Below are positions 33,608-42,058 of a DNA stretch of 42,413 bases, piece by piece. Every line of letters starts with the position of its first letter. Within the stretch, counting starts at the first letter, position 1. Source of the DNA: an uncultured Candidatus Saccharibacteria bacterium (GTDB lineage: Bacteria; Patescibacteriota; Dojkabacteria; SC72); NCBI GenBank assembly GCA_964556955.1, contig CAZKXP010000001.1, positions 1 through 42,413 of the forward strand, written 5' to 3'. Below the pieces are notes generated by a model. That model saw only the letters and a program-made list of their open reading frames with translations, was not told the origin of the DNA and ran no database searches. Both the position numbers and the translations under genes were made by a program.

Positions 33608-33979
33608 ATGGTACAAAGAGAGAGTTTTTTAACAGTTGCAGATAATAGTGGTGCTAAGATAGCGAAGATCTTTGGAATTCCAGGTGGATCAAAAAGAAGG
33701 TATGCTAATGTCGGAGATGTTGTAACAGTATCAATACAGAAAGCTCTACCTAATGGTGGGATTAAGAGACATGAGGTCGGTAAGGCTGTCATAGTAAGGG
33801 TACATAAAGAATATAGAAGAAAGGATGGTACATATATTAGATTTGATGATAATGCATGTGTTTTGATAGATCCAAAAACCAAAGCACCAAGAGGTACAAG
33901 AATCTTTGGGCCTGTTGCTAGAGAGTTAAAAGATCGTGGTTTTGATAAAATTGTGTCTTTGGCTCCAGAAGTTTTGTAA
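33608..33979 (+). CDS. rplN: 50S ribosomal protein L14
   Basis: 123 aa. [17 protein letters not shown] start typical of L14. Confidence 0.95.
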   Translation: MVQRESFLTVADNSGAKIAKIFGIPGGSKRRYANVGDVVTVSIQKALPNGGIKRHEVGKAVIVRVHKEYRRKDGTYIRFDDNACVLIDPKTKAPRGTRIFGPVARELKDRGFDKIVSLAPEVL

Positions 33980-33995
33980 TTTAATAAATACTAGA

Positions 33996-34403
33996 ATGAA
34001 GATTAAAAAGGGCGATACAGTAAAAATATTATACGGAAAGGATAGTGGCAAGACAGGTGCTGTAGTTGCTGTAGATCTTAAAAATCAAAAAGTAGTAGTA
34101 ACCGGAGTTAACTTGTATAAGAGGCACTTAAAGGGTGATGGTAAAACAAGAACCTCTGAGATTTTGACAATAGAGAAACCAATGCCAGTTGCAAAAGTGA
34201 TATTGGTCTGTCCATTGTGCGGAAAGACTACAAGGATTGGATTAAAGAGGGAAGCTGATAAGGTTATGCGAATTTGTAAGAAATGTGGCAAAGTAATTGA
34301 AGCTAAAAAAGAAGAAAAAGTAGAGGTTGAGAAGAAAGAGGACTCAAAGAAAACTACAGCAAAAAAGAGTATTAAATCAAAAACAGATAAAAAGAAAGAA
34401 TAA
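33996..34403 (+). CDS. rplX: 50S ribosomal protein L24 (with CxxC..CxxC and Lys-rich tail)
   Basis: 135 aa from ATG 33996 (MKIKKGDTVKILYGKDSGKTG KOW motif). The listed ORF start 33936 overlaps rplN and is unlikely. CPLCGK...CKKCGK four-Cys pattern, then a KKEEK-rich tail. Confidence 0.9.
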   Translation: MKIKKGDTVKILYGKDSGKTGAVVAVDLKNQKVVVTGVNLYKRHLKGDGKTRTSEILTIEKPMPVAKVILVCPLCGKTTRIGLKREADKVMRICKKCGKVIEAKKEEKVEVEKKEDSKKTTAKKSIKSKTDKKKE

Positions 34404-34405
34404 TA

Positions 34406-34960
34406 ATGGCAAGATTAAGAGATGAATATAACAACAGAATAAAAGCAGAGTTGATGAAAGAAGGGGAATTTAAAAATGTTATGGAAGTTCCAACTCTTAA
34501 GAAAATCGTAATCAATGTTGGTGCTGGAGAGGCAATAAACAACAAATCGGCTATCGAGGAGATTGCGAAAATTTTAGAATTAATAAGTGGTCAGAAACCT
34601 GTTATAAACAAAGCAAAAAAAGCAGTCTCTGCATTCAAACTAAGAGAGGGTATGGAAATTGGAGTATCTGTAACATTAAGAGGTGAGATGATGTGGGAGT
34701 TCTTTGATAAATTAGTAAATGTTGTACTACCAAGAGTAAAAGATTTCAGGGGATTGTCTCCAAGAGCTTTTGATAAAGCAGGAAATTATTCTATCGGATT
34801 GGATGATCACACAATTTTTTTGGAAATTGATCCTAACAATGTTACTAAGATAAGGGGTTTGGAAGTTACGATTGTTACTACGGCAAATAATGCTAAAGAA
34901 GGTAAGATGCTCTTAGATAAATTTGGTTTTCCTTTTGTAAAAGATGTCAACAGAAGCTAA
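34406..34960 (+). CDS. rplE: 50S ribosomal protein L5
   Basis: 184 aa. [16 protein letters not shown].. and [12 protein letters not shown] pattern, operon position. Confidence 0.93.
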   Translation: MARLRDEYNNRIKAELMKEGEFKNVMEVPTLKKIVINVGAGEAINNKSAIEEIAKILELISGQKPVINKAKKAVSAFKLREGMEIGVSVTLRGEMMWEFFDKLVNVVLPRVKDFRGLSPRAFDKAGNYSIGLDDHTIFLEIDPNNVTKIRGLEVTIVTTANNAKEGKMLLDKFGFPFVKDVNRS

Positions 34961-35138
34961 AGAATACAAAGCAAGAAAGTTAAAAGAAAGCTCAAAATAT
35001 ACTACAAGGGTATACAACAGATGTGAGATTTGTGGTAGATCAAGAGGATATATCAGACACTATGGTGTATGCAGAATTTGTTTTAGAAATTTAGCAAGCC
35101 AGGGTAAGATCCCGGGTGTTAAGAAATCTATTTGGTAA
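34944..35138 (+). CDS. rpsZ: 30S ribosomal protein S14, zinc-ribbon (type Z) form
   Basis: 64 aa. [23 protein letters not shown] four-Cys motif. Overlaps rplE by 17 nt. Confidence 0.92.
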   Translation: MSTEAKEYKARKLKESSKYTTRVYNRCEICGRSRGYIRHYGVCRICFRNLASQGKIPGVKKSIW

Positions 35139-35155
35139 TTTAAATATATATAAAA

Positions 35156-35533
35156 ATGAACGATTTAATTGCAGACCTATTGGCAAGAATACAAAATTCA
35201 ATAATGAGAAAGAATACAGAAGTGGAAGTTGTTAACACCAAGATGAATGTAGAACTTCTCAAGGTTCTCAAACAGGAAGCGATGATAGAGGATTTCGAAA
35301 TTAAAGAAAAAATGATTGAAGTGAAATTAGCATATGATGGGAAAGAGCCAGTGGTAGCACATTTTACTAGAGTTAGTAAGCCAGGACAGAGAATATATGT
35401 ATCTAGAAAAGAAATTGAACCAGTTATGAACGGAAGAGGTATTTCAATAATAAGTACACCTTCTGGATTGATGTCTGGAGCTATGGCCAAGAGTAAGGGC
35501 CTTGGTGGTGAATTAATATGTAAGATTTGGTAA
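35156..35533 (+). CDS. rpsH: 30S ribosomal protein S8
   Basis: 125 aa. DLIADLLARIQN start, GGELICKIW end, typical of S8. Confidence 0.95.
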   Translation: MNDLIADLLARIQNSIMRKNTEVEVVNTKMNVELLKVLKQEAMIEDFEIKEKMIEVKLAYDGKEPVVAHFTRVSKPGQRIYVSRKEIEPVMNGRGISIISTPSGLMSGAMAKSKGLGGELICKIW

Positions 35534-35538
35534 TTGAG

Positions 35539-36081
35539 ATGTCTAGAATAGGACTAAAACCAGTCAAAATTGAAGAAGGTGTAACAGTATTAATCAACGA
35601 TTCTGAAGTTACTGTAACCGGTCCTAAAGGAGAGATAAAGATTTCTTTACCAATGGATGTAGCTGCAGAGATGAAAGAAAATGAGATTTTCTTAACTGCA
35701 AAAGAGGAAACTAAACAATCTCATTCCAATCATGGAACCTTGAGGATGATAATCGCAAATGCTGTTGAGGGTGTAAAAAATGGTTTTGAGAAGCACTTGG
35801 AATTGGTAGGAGTTGGTTATAGAGCAAGAATGGAGGGGTTAAGTCTGGTTATGAATCTAGGATGGAATCATCCAGTGAAGGTGGAACCTATCGAAGGTAT
35901 TACAATAGAAGTTCCTGAGGAAACAAAAATTGTAATAAAGGGATATAATAAACAGAAAGTCGGAGAATTCGCAGCAAAGGTTAGAGAGATAAGGAAACCT
36001 GAACCATACAAAGGTAAGGGAATAAGATATGAAGGTGAATATGTGAGAAGAAAGAGTTCTAAATCAAGTTTAGGTAAATAA
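35539..36081 (+). CDS. rplF: 50S ribosomal protein L6
   Basis: 180 aa from ATG 35539 (MSRIGLKPVKI). The listed ORF begins at an upstream TTG (35527) overlapping the rpsH stop. Confidence 0.92.
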   Translation: MSRIGLKPVKIEEGVTVLINDSEVTVTGPKGEIKISLPMDVAAEMKENEIFLTAKEETKQSHSNHGTLRMIIANAVEGVKNGFEKHLELVGVGYRARMEGLSLVMNLGWNHPVKVEPIEGITIEVPEETKIVIKGYNKQKVGEFAAKVREIRKPEPYKGKGIRYEGEYVRRKSSKSSLGK

Positions 36082-36083
36082 TA

Positions 36084-36407
36084 ATGAAAAATACTAAAGT
36101 AGAAAAAAGAGCAAGAAGAAAATTGCATATTAGAAAGAATGTAAATGGTACATCTTCTAAGCCTAGGATCTTCGTATTCAAAAGCAACAGGTATTTTTAT
36201 GCAGGTATTGCAGATGACGAGAAAAATATAGTTATTAAATCCGTAATGTGTAAGAAGAACTCGGATGAGATTCTGAAGATGGCAAAAACATTTGCATCAG
36301 AGGTTAAGAAATTTGATAGTGCAGTATTTGATAGAAGTGGATATAGGTATCATGGGTTGATAAAGACATTTGCAGATGAATTAAGAAATAATGGAATTAA
36401 AATATAA
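36084..36407 (+). CDS. rplR: 50S ribosomal protein L18
   Basis: 107 aa. RRKLHIRKNVNGTSSKPRIFVFKSNRYFYA pattern, operon position. Confidence 0.92.
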   Translation: MKNTKVEKRARRKLHIRKNVNGTSSKPRIFVFKSNRYFYAGIADDEKNIVIKSVMCKKNSDEILKMAKTFASEVKKFDSAVFDRSGYRYHGLIKTFADELRNNGIKI

Positions 36408-36417
36408 TTAGATATAA

Positions 36418-37035
36418 ATGGAAGCCGAAAGAAGAAATAACAACAGAGAAAGAAAAGAATTTGATAAGAAATCCCTACCAGTAAGAAGAGTAGCGAAAGT
36501 TACAAAGGGTGGTAAGAGGTTGAGATTCAGTACAGTTGTTGTTGTTGGGGATCACAATGGAAGGGTTGGTGTTGGTTTGGGCAGAGGAATAGATGTTAAA
36601 AGTGCTATTGAAAAAGGAGAGAAGCTCGCGACCAAAGCTGTAAAGACTATACAGCTAATTGGGGACACAATCCCTCATGAAGTGGTATATAAGTATGGTG
36701 CTGCGAAGGTGATGTTGAGACCTGCAAGACCAGGTACTGGTGTAATTGCCGGATCTTCTGTAAGAACAGTTTTGGAGATTGCAGGTGTTATCAATGTGTA
36801 CGGAAAGATTCTTGGCACTCAAGAAGCAAATGCCAATGCATATTGTACCTTTGAGGCATTGAAATCATTAAGAAATGGTCGCGTACTGAGAAAAATGACA
36901 AAAATGAGAGCAAGGGTAGATCTTAAGAATGAAATGGATAAAGAGAAGAAAGCGAAGGATGATGCAAAAAGAGCGAAGAAAAAAGAGGTAAAGAAGGATA
37001 CAAAAAGAACAACTAAAGTAAGTAAGAGAAAATAA
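36418..37035 (+). CDS. rpsE: 30S ribosomal protein S5 (with Lys-rich C-terminal extension)
   Basis: 205 aa. VRRVAKVTKGGKRLRFSTVVVVGDHNGRVGVGLG motif. The last about 45 aa are K/E/R-rich. Stop overlaps the rplO ATG (TAATG at 37033..37037). Confidence 0.93.
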   Translation: MEAERRNNNRERKEFDKKSLPVRRVAKVTKGGKRLRFSTVVVVGDHNGRVGVGLGRGIDVKSAIEKGEKLATKAVKTIQLIGDTIPHEVVYKYGAAKVMLRPARPGTGVIAGSSVRTVLEIAGVINVYGKILGTQEANANAYCTFEALKSLRNGRVLRKMTKMRARVDLKNEMDKEKKAKDDAKRAKKKEVKKDTKRTTKVSKRK

Positions 37036-37478
37036 TGTATTTAGAAAAATTACCCAAAAGAACAAATAGAACAATGAAAGCGAAGAGACTCGGTAGAGGC
37101 TATGGTTCTGGTGTTGGTGGTCATACTGTAGGGAGAGGATCCAAAGGGCAAAAATCTAGATCAGGACATAAATCATTGATTTCATTTGAAGGTGGTAACG
37201 TCCCATTCTTTAGAAGAATGCCAAAGTATAAAGGTTTCAATCAGAGTAGGAAAATAGAGGTGTCAGCTGTAAATGTAGATGTATTAGAAAAAAACTTTAA
37301 GGATGGGGAAGAGGTAACCGTGGAGATTTTGAAAAACAAGGGTATTGTTAAGAAAAATTCGGAGAGCGTGAAAATTCTTGGTAAGGGCGAAATAAAGAAC
37401 AAATTATATATTGTCGGTATTACAGTATCCTCTTCTGCGAGGGAAAAGATAGAGAAAGCAGGGGGATCTATAAAATAA
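37035..37478 (+). CDS. rplO: 50S ribosomal protein L15
   Basis: 147 aa. KRLGRGYGSGVGGHTVGRGSKGQKSRSG motif. Directly abuts rpsE, with no rpmD. Confidence 0.93.
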   Translation: MYLEKLPKRTNRTMKAKRLGRGYGSGVGGHTVGRGSKGQKSRSGHKSLISFEGGNVPFFRRMPKYKGFNQSRKIEVSAVNVDVLEKNFKDGEEVTVEILKNKGIVKKNSESVKILGKGEIKNKLYIVGITVSSSAREKIEKAGGSIK

Positions 37479-37489
37479 CCTCTTGTAAA

Positions 37490-38755
37490 ATGACAAATCT
37501 AAAAGAGAAAATCGTGTCCATATTTAGGACAAAAACGATTAGAAATAAAATCCTGTTTTCATTATTGATTTTGGTAGTATATCGAATACTTTCGGCGATA
37601 CCTGTTTCTGGAATACCAGCGGATGCATTAGTTCAACTATTTGAAGGTACCCAATTAGGGGATGTCCTCTCAACTGTTTCTGGGGGAGTTTTAGAATCTG
37701 CATCCTTGGTCGCTATCGGCTTAACACCTTACATCAATGCCTCGATTATCTTTCAACTTCTCGGTACAGTAATTCCGAAGTTGGAGGAACTGAAGAAAGA
37801 GGGGCCCGAGGGAAGAAGAAAGATTAGTATGTACACAAGACTGGCAACAGTTCCATTGGCGATTCTTCAATCTTTCGTCATCTACTCTACCTTGCGAGGG
37901 TTTGGTTTGATTGAAACATTAAGTACTATTGAATTGGTAGGTATGTCTGCTGCTTTGACTGCTGGTTCGTTAATCATGATGTGGTTTGGAGAATTGATCT
38001 CAGAGGATGGCGTGGGGAATGGTTCTTCATATCTGATTATGTTAGGTATCCTCTCTGGAATACCTGGTACTGTCCGTACAAATTTTGTAACTATGGACAC
38101 CTTCCAAAAGGTAATATTCTTCGCAATGGCTTTGATATTGATAGTTGTTACCATAGTTATTACTCAGGCTGAACGAAGAGTCCCGATACAATATTCTCGT
38201 AGAGTAAGAGCAGGGGGGGCGATGGATAGTTATATCCCAATAAAGCTTACTCAATCAGGAGTTATGCCGGTCATTTTTGCTATGTCATTACTTTCTTTCC
38301 CACAGTTGATTGCGAAATTTTTGGTAAGTAAGAATTATTCTGATGGTGTTACAAATTTTGCAAACAAGATGATCGAATGGCTCGGAAATACATATATTTA
38401 TGAATCTTTGACTTTTGTATTTATCATAGCATTTGCCCTTTTTTATCTAACAGTAGTTTTTAATACCGATGATCTGTCGGAGAATCTGCAGAAACAAGGG
38501 GCATTCATACAGGGGGTGAGGCCAGGGAATAATACATCTGATTATCTGAGAAAGACAGCATTAAGATTAAATATCGTAGGGGCTATTTTCTTGGCTTTAG
38601 TTTCTATCTTGCCAAGCTTTATGATCCACTTTGGCCTTATGACAGCTAGCGTAATTACTGGGACGGGTCTTTTGATTGTTATTGGTGTTATGTTAGATAC
38701 GAAGAGGCAGGTAGAATCAATGATGGTAGTGAGAAGATACGACAAGTACCTCTAA
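37490..38755 (+). CDS. secY: Preprotein translocase subunit SecY
   Basis: 421 aa, ten-TM-like hydrophobicity pattern. GLTPYINASIIFQLL and KLTQSGVMPVIFA motifs. Follows rplO. Confidence 0.95.
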   Translation: MTNLKEKIVSIFRTKTIRNKILFSLLILVVYRILSAIPVSGIPADALVQLFEGTQLGDVLSTVSGGVLESASLVAIGLTPYINASIIFQLLGTVIPKLEELKKEGPEGRRKISMYTRLATVPLAILQSFVIYSTLRGFGLIETLSTIELVGMSAALTAGSLIMMWFGELISEDGVGNGSSYLIMLGILSGIPGTVRTNFVTMDTFQKVIFFAMALILIVVTIVITQAERRVPIQYSRRVRAGGAMDSYIPIKLTQSGVMPVIFAMSLLSFPQLIAKFLVSKNYSDGVTNFANKMIEWLGNTYIYESLTFVFIIAFALFYLTVVFNTDDLSENLQKQGAFIQGVRPGNNTSDYLRKTALRLNIVGAIFLALVSILPSFMIHFGLMTASVITGTGLLIVIGVMLDTKRQVESMMVVRRYDKYL

Positions 38756-38826
38756 TGGACGCTTCGCTGAGCAGTATATCCTTCTATTATGCACACTATT
38801 TGGGATTTTAATAGCCGGGATTAAAA

Positions 38827-39318
38827 CTATAATGTTTGAAATTCATCTGTGCTTTGATCTAGAATCCTTCTCGCTAGGTAGTTTTTGAGCAGAAAACGAT
38901 TGTCATATAGCCAAGGGTATTTTTCGAAATCTATAGATTTTAATTTCTTCGGATTGTTTACAATATAAGCATATGTGAGGATCATGGAATCTCTTCCAAT
39001 AACCCATTTCCTATGGTATGTACCTTGAAACAGATGCCCAGAAAGCCCGTATTTCGTATTGAAATATTTTGCGTATGCAGAATTGATGATGTGCATACCT
39101 CGACTTATCGTTTGATCACCCGTCTGAGAGGCAAGAATATGGTAATGGTTTGGCATTATACAAAAACAAAAGAGCTCGTAATTTCTAACGTTAAAGATAT
39201 CTTTAATTAGCGAATATAAATAATCGTAGTCTTTTTTACATTTTCCGATAACACATCTGCGATTACCTCGGTTATAAATATGGTAAATTCTATTTTTCTT
39301 TGGTGCTTTATATGCCAT
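38827..39318 (-). CDS. IS200/IS605-family Y1 (HUH) transposase / REP-associated tyrosine transposase-like protein
   Basis: 163 aa. YHIYNRGNRR, IMPNHYHIL (HUH motif), GHLFQGTYH, AYIVNNP (Tyr region), the pattern of COG1943 / Y1_Tnp proteins. Confidence 0.8.
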   Translation of the reverse strand: MAYKAPKKNRIYHIYNRGNRRCVIGKCKKDYDYLYSLIKDIFNVRNYELFCFCIMPNHYHILASQTGDQTISRGMHIINSAYAKYFNTKYGLSGHLFQGTYHRKWVIGRDSMILTYAYIVNNPKKLKSIDFEKYPWLYDNRFLLKNYLARRILDQSTDEFQTL

Positions 39319-39380
39319 TTGAAAAATATATCAGATATTCTTTTTAAGAGTATTAAATCCCCTATAATAAAATTAAAAAT

Positions 39381-39409
39381 TTGTATAAACCCTAATAGTA
39401 CCTTATACT
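39381..39409 (+). promoter_or_regulatory. Candidate promoter for adk inside the transposase-unit flank
   Basis: TTGTAT (39381..39386), 17-nt spacer, TATACT (39404..39409), 33 nt before the adk ATG. Confidence 0.35.
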
Positions 39410-39442
39410 GTAAAGATATTTATATAAGCGAAGCGTCGAAAT

Positions 39443-40090
39443 ATGAAAACATTTCTCTTTCATGGTCCCTCTGGTTGTGGCAAAGATACACAAGTAGATT
39501 TCCTTGTGGAGAAATTTACTTTCCAAAAAATAGGAACTGGAGAGATGTTCAGAAAAATGTACGAGTGTGGTGATAAGGATGGGATTAAAGCACATGACTT
39601 CTGGGCAAAGGGTTTGTTTGTTCCCAACGAATTAACATATTCGATGCTTTCAAAATGGGTAGAACAATTTGATTCCACTAAAGATTGGGCTTTTGTATCT
39701 GTTGTGCGTGAAATTGGGCAAATTCCTTTGTTTGATGATATCCTTGCACAATTAGGGAGAAAGCTTGATGTCTTTGTGCATTTCAAATTGACGGAAGAAA
39801 CAGCCATTGAAAGAATGTCTCTTAGACGAGTATGTCAGAGTTGTGAAGCTACGTACCATGAGAAGTATAAGCCAGAGAGAGAACAAGGGGTATGTGATAA
39901 ATGTGGGAGCGTATTAGTCCAGCGAGAAGATGATAAGCCGGAGAAGATAAAAAGCAGGTTGGAAGAATATAATCGTACCATTCTACCGATACTTTCTGAA
40001 TATCGAAGACGTGGAATTTTATTGGAAGTAGATGCAAGTCCCTCAATAGAGGTTATACATCAAGATATTATCGCAAAATTAAACTTGTAA
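39443..40090 (+). CDS. adk: Adenylate kinase (zinc-lid form)
   Basis: 215 aa. P-loop GPSGCGKDTQ. Lid CQSCEATYH...CDKCGSVLVQREDD. Confidence 0.92.
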   Translation: MKTFLFHGPSGCGKDTQVDFLVEKFTFQKIGTGEMFRKMYECGDKDGIKAHDFWAKGLFVPNELTYSMLSKWVEQFDSTKDWAFVSVVREIGQIPLFDDILAQLGRKLDVFVHFKLTEETAIERMSLRRVCQSCEATYHEKYKPEREQGVCDKCGSVLVQREDDKPEKIKSRLEEYNRTILPILSEYRRRGILLEVDASPSIEVIHQDIIAKLNL

Positions 40091-40165
40091 ATAGCGCAAA
40101 TATCTGATATCCTTACCCTGTTCCGTTGTGTATCACAAGATTGTACACAGAATTAGCATTTTCTG

Positions 40166-40194
40166 TTGAAAGAATGCTCTTCTTTTGATATAAT
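40166..40194 (+). promoter_or_regulatory. Candidate promoter for infA-rpmJ-rpsM... (consensus-like, extended -10)
   Basis: TTGAAA (40166..40171), 17-nt spacer, TGA + TATAAT (40189..40194). Confidence 0.5.
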
Positions 40195-40228
40195 TCTTGG
40201 GATTCATTTACATTGAAGGGGCTACAAA

Positions 40229-40462
40229 ATGATTGATAGTAAAAAAGTATACGAGTTTGAAGGAGTGGTAAAAGAATGCCTTCCTAATACTCAATTTGTA
40301 GTTGAAATCGATGTGAATGGGAAAAAGCATGACGTTATTGGATATCTCTCTGGTAAAATGCGAATGCATTTCATTAGAATCCTAGAAGGAGACAAAGTAA
40401 AGATTGAAATGACTCCATATGATAAAGAGAGAGGTAGAATTACTTTTAGATCTATGAATTAA
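40229..40462 (+). CDS. infA: Translation initiation factor IF-1
   Basis: 77 aa. S1-like [33 protein letters not shown] pattern. Confidence 0.95.
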   Translation: MIDSKKVYEFEGVVKECLPNTQFVVEIDVNGKKHDVIGYLSGKMRMHFIRILEGDKVKIEMTPYDKERGRITFRSMN

Positions 40463-40464
40463 AA

Positions 40465-40581
40465 ATGAAAGTCCAAGCTTCGGTAAAAAAAAGATGCCCA
40501 GATTGCTACAGCGTTAAAAGAGGCCGAAGAGTTTTTGTTTACTGCAAAAAAAATCCAAAGCATAAGCAGAGGCAAGGTTAA
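40465..40581 (+). CDS. rpmJ: 50S ribosomal protein L36
   Basis: Not in the ORF track (38 aa). My translation is [38 protein letters not shown], the classic L36 CxxC..C..H pattern. Lies between infA and rpsM. Confidence 0.9.
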   Translation: MKVQASVKKRCPDCYSVKRGRRVFVYCKKNPKHKQRQG

Positions 40582-40610
40582 TTTAACTTTTTATTATTTC
40601 TAAACTTAAG

Positions 40611-40994
40611 ATGGCAAGAGTCGCAGGGATTGAGATTACAAATGACAAAAAGGTATGGGTAGCCTTGATGGATATCTTTGGTATAGGTACAAAGAGTGCT
40701 CATGACATTTGTAAGAATACAAAGATTGATGAGAATACTTTTGTTAAAGATTTGTCAGAAGCTCAATTAGATGTAATTAGGAAATATATTGAAGAGAATT
40801 ATACAGTAGAAGGTGCTTTGAGACAGAGCGGCTTTAGAGATATTAAAAGATTAAAAGATATTAGATGCTACAGAGGGATTAGGCATAAGCTAGGTCTCCC
40901 TGTTAGAGGTCAAAGGACAAGGCACAATGCTCATACTAGGAAGGGTAGAAGTAGAGCTGTTGGTGGATTAAAGAGAGTGTTAGCAAAAACTTAA
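40611..40994 (+). CDS. rpsM: 30S ribosomal protein S13
   Basis: 127 aa. MARVAGIEI start, YRGIRHKLGLPVRGQRTRHNAHTRKG motif. Confidence 0.95.
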   Translation: MARVAGIEITNDKKVWVALMDIFGIGTKSAHDICKNTKIDENTFVKDLSEAQLDVIRKYIEENYTVEGALRQSGFRDIKRLKDIRCYRGIRHKLGLPVRGQRTRHNAHTRKGRSRAVGGLKRVLAKT

Positions 40995-41013
40995 CATCAT
41001 TAAATATATTTAG

Positions 41014-41400
41014 ATGGCAGAGGCTAAAACAAAGAAAAAAGCAAAGAAGAGCGTTAGCACGGGAATGGCTTTCGTTCAGTCTACATTTAACAATACGATT
41101 ATCACATTGACAGATGAGGCTGGTGAAGTTTTAGGTCAGGGAAGTCCAAGCGCTGTGGGTTTTAAAGGTGCAAAAAGAAGTACTGCATTTGCAGCAACCA
41201 AAGCAGCTACAGAATTAGCAGAAAAGGTAGTTAAGAAATATGGATTAAAAGAGGTAAAAGCATTCATCAAAGGTCCAGGTGCAGGTAGAAACTCTGCTAT
41301 TAAGGGACTAGATGCGGCAGGGATCAAAGTTACTATGTTGGTAGATAGGACCCCTATTCCTCATAATGGTTGTAGACCAAGAAAGATGCCTAGAAAATAG
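41014..41400 (+). CDS. rpsK: 30S ribosomal protein S11
   Basis: 128 aa. FVQSTFNNTIITLTDEAGEVL and DRTPIPHNGCRPRK motifs. Confidence 0.95.
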   Translation: MAEAKTKKKAKKSVSTGMAFVQSTFNNTIITLTDEAGEVLGQGSPSAVGFKGAKRSTAFAATKAATELAEKVVKKYGLKEVKAFIKGPGAGRNSAIKGLDAAGIKVTMLVDRTPIPHNGCRPRKMPRK

Positions 41401-41426
41401 TTAATATTTATTACGAAATCATATAA

Positions 41427-42038
41427 ATGGGTAGATATACTGGACCAAAAGAAAAACTTAGTAGAAGAGAGGGGATTAATCTAAATCTAAAAGGAGCTAG
41501 ATCTTTTTCCGAAAAAGCAGGTATTACTAGGAGACCTTTTGCTCCTGGGCAACATGGTAATGCTAGAAAGGCTAGACTATCCAACTATGGATTCCAATTA
41601 CGAGAAAAGCAGAAAGTGAAGAGAATATATGGGTTGAGAGAGAGGAAGATGAAGACATCATATGTAGAAGCAGATAGAAGAGCAAAAACAAGAAACACAG
41701 ACAAAGGTTTAGAGCTTTTAAAGATGTTGGAATTGAGATTGGATAATGTAATCTATTTAGCAGGGTTGGTACCATCAAGGGGTGCTGCAAGACAGGCAGT
41801 AACTCATGGTCATGTCTTAGTGAATGGTAAAAAGCTTTCAATCCCATCATATGAGGTAAAGGAAGGTGATACCATTACATTGAAAACTGCAAAACTTGCA
41901 CCAGAGCAACCCCTTTTCGCTACTCCTGAGTGGATAGAGAGAAAAGATTTGAATTGCAAAATTGCAAGAATGCCAATTAGAGAAGATATTGATGAGGGCA
42001 TTAAAGAAAATCTCATCATTGAGTTCTACTCTAGATAA
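41427..42038 (+). CDS. rpsD: 30S ribosomal protein S4
   Basis: 203 aa. MGRYTGPKEKLSRREG start. S4 RNA-binding domain RLDNVIYLAGLVPSRGAARQAVTHGHVLVNGKK. Confidence 0.95.
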   Translation: MGRYTGPKEKLSRREGINLNLKGARSFSEKAGITRRPFAPGQHGNARKARLSNYGFQLREKQKVKRIYGLRERKMKTSYVEADRRAKTRNTDKGLELLKMLELRLDNVIYLAGLVPSRGAARQAVTHGHVLVNGKKLSIPSYEVKEGDTITLKTAKLAPEQPLFATPEWIERKDLNCKIARMPIREDIDEGIKENLIIEFYSR

Positions 42039-42058
42039 TTTTAAATATTTACAACTAC

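Larger units (their letters stand above)
38758..39437 (-). mobile_element. IS200-like unit: Y1 (HUH) transposase gene flanked by 11-bp perfect inverted repeats
   Basis: GACGCTTCGCT (38758..38768) and its reverse complement AGCGAAGCGTC (39427..39437) bracket a 680-bp segment. The segment holds only the transposase ORF and sits in the secY-adk spacer. Confidence 0.6.

Noticed and set aside
38758-39437. A direct link between the Y1 transposase unit and the 202-bp hairpin repeats (a RayT mobilising REP/BIME-like elements)
   Set aside because: The transposase-flanking inverted repeat (GACGCTTCGCT) shares no sequence with the GCCTGGC-type hairpins. The GTAG tetranucleotides in the repeat core may be coincidence. 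The link is unproven from this window.
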